Source: Promethearchaeota archaeon (GTDB lineage Archaea; Asgardarchaeota; Lokiarchaeia; Sigyniarchaeales; SOKP01). From it: a DNA stretch of 64,000 nucleotides. Shown piece by piece: positions 58,787-64,000 of this stretch; position 1 is the first letter of the stretch, and each line of letters begins with the position of its first letter. The stretch is from assembly GCA_016839555.1 (NCBI GenBank), contig JAEOUA010000003.1:64001-128000 (forward strand), in the 5' to 3' direction. The notes under the pieces were generated by a model, which searched no databases, had not been told where the DNA came from, and saw only the letters and a program-made list of their open reading frames with translations. Position numbers and translations under genes: made by a program.

Positions 58787-59770
58787 ATGCGGTTTATTTT
58801 TGGATTAAAAAAACTATTCTCTAAATGGATTTATGCTCTTATAATAATCTCTTTTTTAGTATCATGGTTTTTCACTTTATTAGGTATTGTTTTTTTTCCA
58901 GAAAAAGCATTTTTTCAAATTATTCGAATTATAATAAGCGTTTTATTTGGTTTTAATTGTTTACTCTTTATTTTTTCATTTTTTAAATCCCTTGATAAAG
59001 TACATTATATTTTTATAAGCATTGCGTTTATAACGAGTAATTTTTTCTTATTTGTATTTGATAATACTATTTCAATATTGTTTGAGTTCTTTTATACTAC
59101 CAATTTAATTCTAAATTCTCTTTTTGCCTTTATATTATGCATAGATTATGCTATTAATATTGATAATTATTTAACTAAAAAAGACAGAAATATAATTTTT
59201 AGGATAATATTCTGGATCAATATTATTTTTTTTATAATGGAAATTTTCACTTTTTTTTTTGCTATAGAGGATCAATACCAAATTTTTAGGATATTACTTT
59301 GGGTTAATATTGTTTTTTTATTAGGTTTAATAGTGAATTTAATAATAAATAAAAAAATAATCGCTTATTTTGCCTTGTTTCTTCTTTTAATATTTCTGTA
59401 TATACTATATAGAGTAGTCAAGTTTTATATTAATTCTTCTGGTTATATATTTTTATCATATATTTTAGATTTGATTTTATTCATATATATTATTGGCTCT
59501 CTCTTTAACAAAAAACACTTTTTTAAAGAGAAAATGAAATATTTACGAATAGAAACTATTATCCTTTTAGTTATAATTATGAAATTTGTAATTCAAGGAT
59601 TTCAAATTATATCTTCGATTAGTGGAATTAATATCTCAATAAATTTATATAATGAAGATGATAATATGATTCTTTTTATCATATTTATTATATTGTTTGA
59701 AATCTATGGATTAATTAAATATAAAATAAAAAATGGAAAAAGTGAAAACAATATTATCAATTATGATTAA
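58787..59770 (+). CDS. Multi-pass membrane protein, diverged paralog
   Basis: About 9-10 TM segments; colinear with 59862-60878. Confidence 0.75.
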   Translation: MRFIFGLKKLFSKWIYALIIISFLVSWFFTLLGIVFFPEKAFFQIIRIIISVLFGFNCLLFIFSFFKSLDKVHYIFISIAFITSNFFLFVFDNTISILFEFFYTTNLILNSLFAFILCIDYAINIDNYLTKKDRNIIFRIIFWINIIFFIMEIFTFFFAIEDQYQIFRILLWVNIVFLLGLIVNLIINKKIIAYFALFLLLIFLYILYRVVKFYINSSGYIFLSYILDLILFIYIIGSLFNKKHFFKEKMKYLRIETIILLVIIMKFVIQGFQIISSISGINISINLYNEDDNMILFIIFIILFEIYGLIKYKIKNGKSENNIINYD

Positions 59771-59861
59771 AAGAAATTAATATTTAACTTTTCTATTGAA
59801 AAATAAATTTAAATTCTTTATAAAATTTTAAATCCCATAAAAACAACCTTAATTTTGAAAA

Positions 59862-60878
59862 ATGCGGTTTATCTCTGGTTTAAAAAAATTATTCTCAAAA
59901 CGGATATATGCTCTGATCATCATCTATTTTTTAGTATCGTGGTTTTTAATTTTATTAGGTATTGTTTTTTTCCCGGCAGAGGCATTTTTTCAAATCATTC
60001 GAATTATATTAAGTGTTTTATTTGGTTTCAGTTTATTGTTATTCATCTTTTCATTTTTTAAACCGCTAGATGAACTTCATTATGGTTTTATAATTGTTGC
60101 GTTTATTGGGGGCTTATTTTTCTTGATTATATTCGACAACATTATTACACTATTCTATATTTTCTGTTTTTATGCTAATCTCGTTTTAACCGCATTCTTT
60201 GCTTTCAAACTTTGTATGGATTCTGCTATCAATGTAGATAACTATTTATCTAAAAAAGAGAAATATCGGAAAGTACTACGTGTTTTCGAATTTATATTTT
60301 TTACTTTTTTAAATATAGTTAGCTTTTTATTTACACTTAATTTTTTTAGAAGAGTTCTACGACTTCCTCCCTTAGTCGAATTGGTATTTCGAGTAATATT
60401 TTGGTTAAATATAATATTTTTAATGGGAATTGTAATTAGATTGCTAATTACTAAAAAATTTGCGGCATATTTTGCGTTATTTCTTCTATTAGTCTTTCTC
60501 TATATGCTATACAGGGTTGTGGATTTTTATGCTGAAATTATTTTTGCTAATTCATCTGGTTATGATTTTTTTTCATATATTTTAGATTTGATTTTATTCA
60601 TATACATTATGGGGTCTATATTTGATAGGGTGGACTTTCTAAAAGAAAAATTAAAATATCTAAGAGCGGATACTATTGCACTCTTTGTGATTATTATGAA
60701 ACTTGTTGTTCAAGGATTTGAAATAGTAACATCGATTAGTGGAGCTAATGCCCCACCTCAGATACAGGATGAATTAGGTATTATGATTCTCTTTATCATA
60801 TTCACGTTGTCATTCGGTATCTATAAATTAATTAAACATAGCGCAGAATTAAAAAAAACTGAAATTGATATAAAATAA
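59862..60878 (+). CDS. Multi-pass membrane protein
   Basis: About 10 TM segments; paralog of the upstream gene. Confidence 0.8.
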   Translation: MRFISGLKKLFSKRIYALIIIYFLVSWFLILLGIVFFPAEAFFQIIRIILSVLFGFSLLLFIFSFFKPLDELHYGFIIVAFIGGLFFLIIFDNIITLFYIFCFYANLVLTAFFAFKLCMDSAINVDNYLSKKEKYRKVLRVFEFIFFTFLNIVSFLFTLNFFRRVLRLPPLVELVFRVIFWLNIIFLMGIVIRLLITKKFAAYFALFLLLVFLYMLYRVVDFYAEIIFANSSGYDFFSYILDLILFIYIMGSIFDRVDFLKEKLKYLRADTIALFVIIMKLVVQGFEIVTSISGANAPPQIQDELGIMILFIIFTLSFGIYKLIKHSAELKKTEIDIK

Positions 60879-60980
60879 AGATATATATAAGCAATTTACT
60901 GATTACCTCAATTTGAACGATCTTGATCAATTTTAAATTCAACTTATAAGTTTAAATATATTAACCTCATTTTTTTTATT

Positions 60981-61715
60981 ATGGCATTGGAACCAAATAG
61001 TTTAGAATATCAAGTATTTTATATATTAGTTATCTTATTATTAGCGGCTAAATTATCTTTTTCGGTGTACCTTGGAAAAAAGATTATTAATAAAACCAAA
61101 AAAGAGGGTAAATTTACTTTCGATTTTATATTTGGAGTATTCATCCTCATGATTTGCTTATTTGTATCGCGATTTTTATATTTCTTTTATGACTTTTATC
61201 TTATTAAATTCGACCCAGCAAATTTTCTTAATCCCGATGCTCTAATTGTATGGGCATTTGCTTCTTTGATCAGTACTATAGGTTATTCAGCAGCAATGTT
61301 TGCCATCGATTACAGGGTTCTACATTTTAGAATGAAAGGAATTATAGCTTATATAATTATTGGAGTAGGAATATTTGATTTTATCTGGGTTATGGGTGGT
61401 TTCGTGACTTCTGAGGATATATTTGGAATAGTAAATGGAATTTTAATGGTTGCTAATGTGCTTGCTATAATTATCCCAATAATCTTTTTCTACATTGGAA
61501 CAAAAACAACTGGTTTAAAAAAAGTTTCTTATATTATTGCGTTTGGGGTTATTATTTACTCAATTGGATCATCAATAGTCCTAGAACCTATTTTATCTCC
61601 CCTCAGAGATATATTTGGAGACTTAATTCATATTCCTGTCTTCTTTATATTTTTCATCCTTAAATTAGTCGGCTTGGGCATGTTTTCTTACGGGGTTACT
61701 CAATTTAGTCTCTAA
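60981..61715 (+). CDS. About 7-TM membrane protein, function unknown
   Basis: Seven hydrophobic segments in 244 aa. Confidence 0.7.
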   Translation: MALEPNSLEYQVFYILVILLLAAKLSFSVYLGKKIINKTKKEGKFTFDFIFGVFILMICLFVSRFLYFFYDFYLIKFDPANFLNPDALIVWAFASLISTIGYSAAMFAIDYRVLHFRMKGIIAYIIIGVGIFDFIWVMGGFVTSEDIFGIVNGILMVANVLAIIIPIIFFYIGTKTTGLKKVSYIIAFGVIIYSIGSSIVLEPILSPLRDIFGDLIHIPVFFIFFILKLVGLGMFSYGVTQFSL

Positions 61716-61824
61716 TTTTTTTTATTTAAATATTTCATAGCAAAATAAGAACTAAAATTTTCTGAATACTTCAAAAAATTAAATAAAATAGATTGAAATA
61801 AATTTTAAGAATTAGTATTTTGAT

Positions 61825-62121
61825 TTATTCAATATCTCCGAATTCTAAATCGAAACTATAATATTTTCTTACAGGTTTTTTAACCTTCCACTTGCAATTT
61901 AATCCCTTCTTAAATTGAACTAAATCTCCCTTACCAAATTCTATTTTTTCTCCTGTCTTTGGGTCCTTAACCTCCACTTCTCCGTCTAAAAGGTAGCACG
62001 TTTCTGTGTCACCATAAGACCAATCAAATTCACTCACTTCTTTTTCCCAAGTCCCCCAAGATTCAACACCTAAATTTTCTAATTCTTCTTTTGTGGGTTT
62101 CTTTTTTTTCATATTTGCCAT
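61825..62121 (-). CDS. Cupin-domain protein (DUF861/Cupin_3)
   Basis: WGTWEKEVSEFDWSY..TETCYLLDGEV, GDLVQF, W...VRKYY. Confidence 0.88.
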   Translation of the reverse strand: MANMKKKKPTKEELENLGVESWGTWEKEVSEFDWSYGDTETCYLLDGEVEVKDPKTGEKIEFGKGDLVQFKKGLNCKWKVKKPVRKYYSFDLEFGDIE

Positions 62122-62373
62122 ATTTTTATCAGTTCCTCTTAATTTATTTTTTTATAATGAATATAACGAGCTCTATTTGAAAATAATAATTAGTCTTTAT
62201 TATAATTTATTCAAAATGGAAACTACAATTGAGCTAACATATTTTAAGTGTTGAAATTAATTAATAGTTTAATTGAATGTATATTAAGGAGGATAAAGAA
62301 TTAATTAATATACTATTATTCTTAATAATTTAAATTTTAAGTTTGAAAACAATTAAAAGCAGAGGGAAAAAAA

Positions 62374-63183
62374 ATGGTCGATAGATTTTTAGATGGAAAA
62401 GGAGTTTTAATAACTGGAGGTGCTTCTGGATTTGGAAGAGGTGTCGCCTATGCATATGCGGAAAGAGGTGCCGACTTAGCATTAATTGATATTAATGAAG
62501 GACTATTAGAAGAAACCGCCAATGATATAAGGCAGAAACATAAATGTAAAGTAATTCCAATCATTTGCGATGTATCTAAAAGTGAAGAGGTTCAACAAAT
62601 GGCAAAGCAAGCATCTACTGAATTAGAAAATATTTATATTCTTTTTAATAATGCTGGTATAGGTTCTATTTATGGACCGAATCTCTTAAGAATAAAAGAA
62701 CCAATATTCGATTCTATTCTAAATATTAATCTCCGCGGTCAATGGTTAGTCGCAAAATATATTTGCCGAAGAATGAAAAAGCAAAATTTTAAACCATTAG
62801 CGGGAAAGATAATTTGCACTGCCTCAGTTGCGGGCGTTGCAGTAAATCCTAAATTATGTGCCTATAGTATCAGTAAGGCAGGTGTTATTGCTATGATGCA
62901 AATGTTAGCAAAAGATCTTGCCCCAGATATCACTGTAAATGCAATCTCTCCAGGCTATCATGTGACGGGAATATATAAAACCTATGAAGCTATGAAGGCA
63001 ACTATGGATGACGGAAATGTTAAAACGCCATTAAATAGAGTTGGCACAATAGAGGATGTGGTCAATCTTATGATTTTTTTAGCCTCAGATAAATCCAATT
63101 TCATTACAGGACATAATTTTATAGTTGATGGAGGAATTGCAGAAGTTGGCAAACCACCAGATTATTTAGATTCAGAAATTTAA
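62374..63183 (+). CDS. Short-chain dehydrogenase/reductase (SDR)
   Basis: TGGASGFG, NNAG, YSISK, VNAISPG, VDGG. Confidence 0.93.
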   Translation: MVDRFLDGKGVLITGGASGFGRGVAYAYAERGADLALIDINEGLLEETANDIRQKHKCKVIPIICDVSKSEEVQQMAKQASTELENIYILFNNAGIGSIYGPNLLRIKEPIFDSILNINLRGQWLVAKYICRRMKKQNFKPLAGKIICTASVAGVAVNPKLCAYSISKAGVIAMMQMLAKDLAPDITVNAISPGYHVTGIYKTYEAMKATMDDGNVKTPLNRVGTIEDVVNLMIFLASDKSNFITGHNFIVDGGIAEVGKPPDYLDSEI

Positions 63184-63592
63184 CATATAAGAAGAATTGA
63201 AATTTGGTACATGGATTTTCATTGGAAAAAAATAATTTCATTATTATATTTTTATTTTACTAGTTCAAAATAATATCTGTTAATAAGCTGGATAATCTGA
63301 TCTTCTTAAATAAAAAGTTATGAGCTAATCTGGGCAATTAAAAATATAAATAAGAAGCTTTATACAGCTTAAATTAAATCTATAACACTTCAATATACAA
63401 TAATTTAAATATTCTAACTATTATAAATAAAATATTAATAGATAACCTTAACATTTAAATAACCTAAATAAAAAGTAAAAAACTTTATTTATCTTCCCTT
63501 TAATTATTAATATATAATTATTTTATAAAAATAGCTTTAATATATCACAACTTTAACTTATTAGATTATAAAAAAACTACTAGTGAAAGAAA

Positions 63593-64000
63593 TTGCCTAA
63601 GAAATTCATCTTCAAGATCTTAACAGCGGGGGAAGGCGGTGTCGGCAAGACAACGCTCCTTCATCGATACGTTAATGGCAAATTCTCAGAATCAACAAAA
63701 ATGACTATTGGTGTTGAATTTTTTCTTAAGGAAATAGAAATGGAGGATCATAACTGCACCTTGCAGCTGTGGGATTTTGGAGGGCAAGGGCGCTTTCGCT
63801 TTCTTATCGATAGCTATGTACTGGGCGCAAAAGCAGCCTTACTTATGTTTGATCTCACAAGACCTATGACCTTAGAAAATCTCGATGAATGGGTTAATAT
63901 CTGTCGAAAAAATGATCCTAATCTTCCGATACTCTTCTTAGGTACAAAATTAGATTTAACAGAGGACATCAGTGTTGATGATGATTATGCTGAACAATTC
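63593..64000 (+). CDS. Rab-like small GTPase (partial, runs off window end)
   Basis: Hand translation from TTG 63593: MPKKFIFKILTAGEGGVGKTT...MTIGVEFFLK...LQLWDFGGQGRFRFL...MFDLT...GTKLDL. Not in the ORF track. Confidence 0.92.
   Translation, partial: MPKKFIFKILTAGEGGVGKTTLLHRYVNGKFSESTKMTIGVEFFLKEIEMEDHNCTLQLWDFGGQGRFRFLIDSYVLGAKAALLMFDLTRPMTLENLDEWVNICRKNDPNLPILFLGTKLDLTEDISVDDDYAEQF

Noticed and set aside
1662-60061. Short overlapping ORFs from the track (e.g. 1662-1847, 3545-3778, 5151-5375, 16176-16409, 26385-26642, 29403-29825, 53289-53603, 59855-60061)
   Set aside because: They are antisense or alternate-frame shadows of well-supported genes, with no motifs of their own.
63184-63592. 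Long AT-rich intergenic region as an ncRNA or origin
   Set aside because: No GC-rich structure, ORB-like repeat or convincing ORF was found; the same holds for 611-982 and 35174-35522.
1-64000. CRISPR arrays, IS elements, inteins and individual TATA/BRE promoter calls
   Set aside because: No regularly spaced repeats, transposases or intein motifs were seen by eye. TATA-like strings (e.g. 33030-33037, 56561-56566) are too common in this AT-rich DNA to call.

Overview
AT-rich archaeal chromosomal window, most consistent with an Asgard archaeon (Lokiarchaeia-like). This is inferred from ribosomal protein eL22, two small Ras-superfamily GTPases, longin-like domains, aIF2-gamma, TFS and form III RuBisCO. 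The content is mostly housekeeping and metabolic: a complete molybdopterin biosynthesis cluster beside an ECF transporter operon, uvrC, nre, cimA, R15P isomerase with RuBisCO, peptidases, a MazF-type TA pair, tRNA-Leu(CAG) and a local tandem duplication. The standout is a circularly permuted 5S rRNA gene (56703-56823). Its 3' half precedes its 5' half, the native ends are joined by a UUCG tetraloop, and it sits in a 15-bp stem with a bulge-helix-bulge-like motif whose predicted cuts rebuild the conserved GGAA|GUUAA 5S sequence exactly, implying maturation by splicing and circularisation. Three genes (moeA, an ECF ATPase and a VWA protein) also have long in-frame 5' extensions lacking ATG/GTG/TTG, suggesting ATT/ATA/ATC initiation. 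All calls come from motif reading by eye; no database searches were run.
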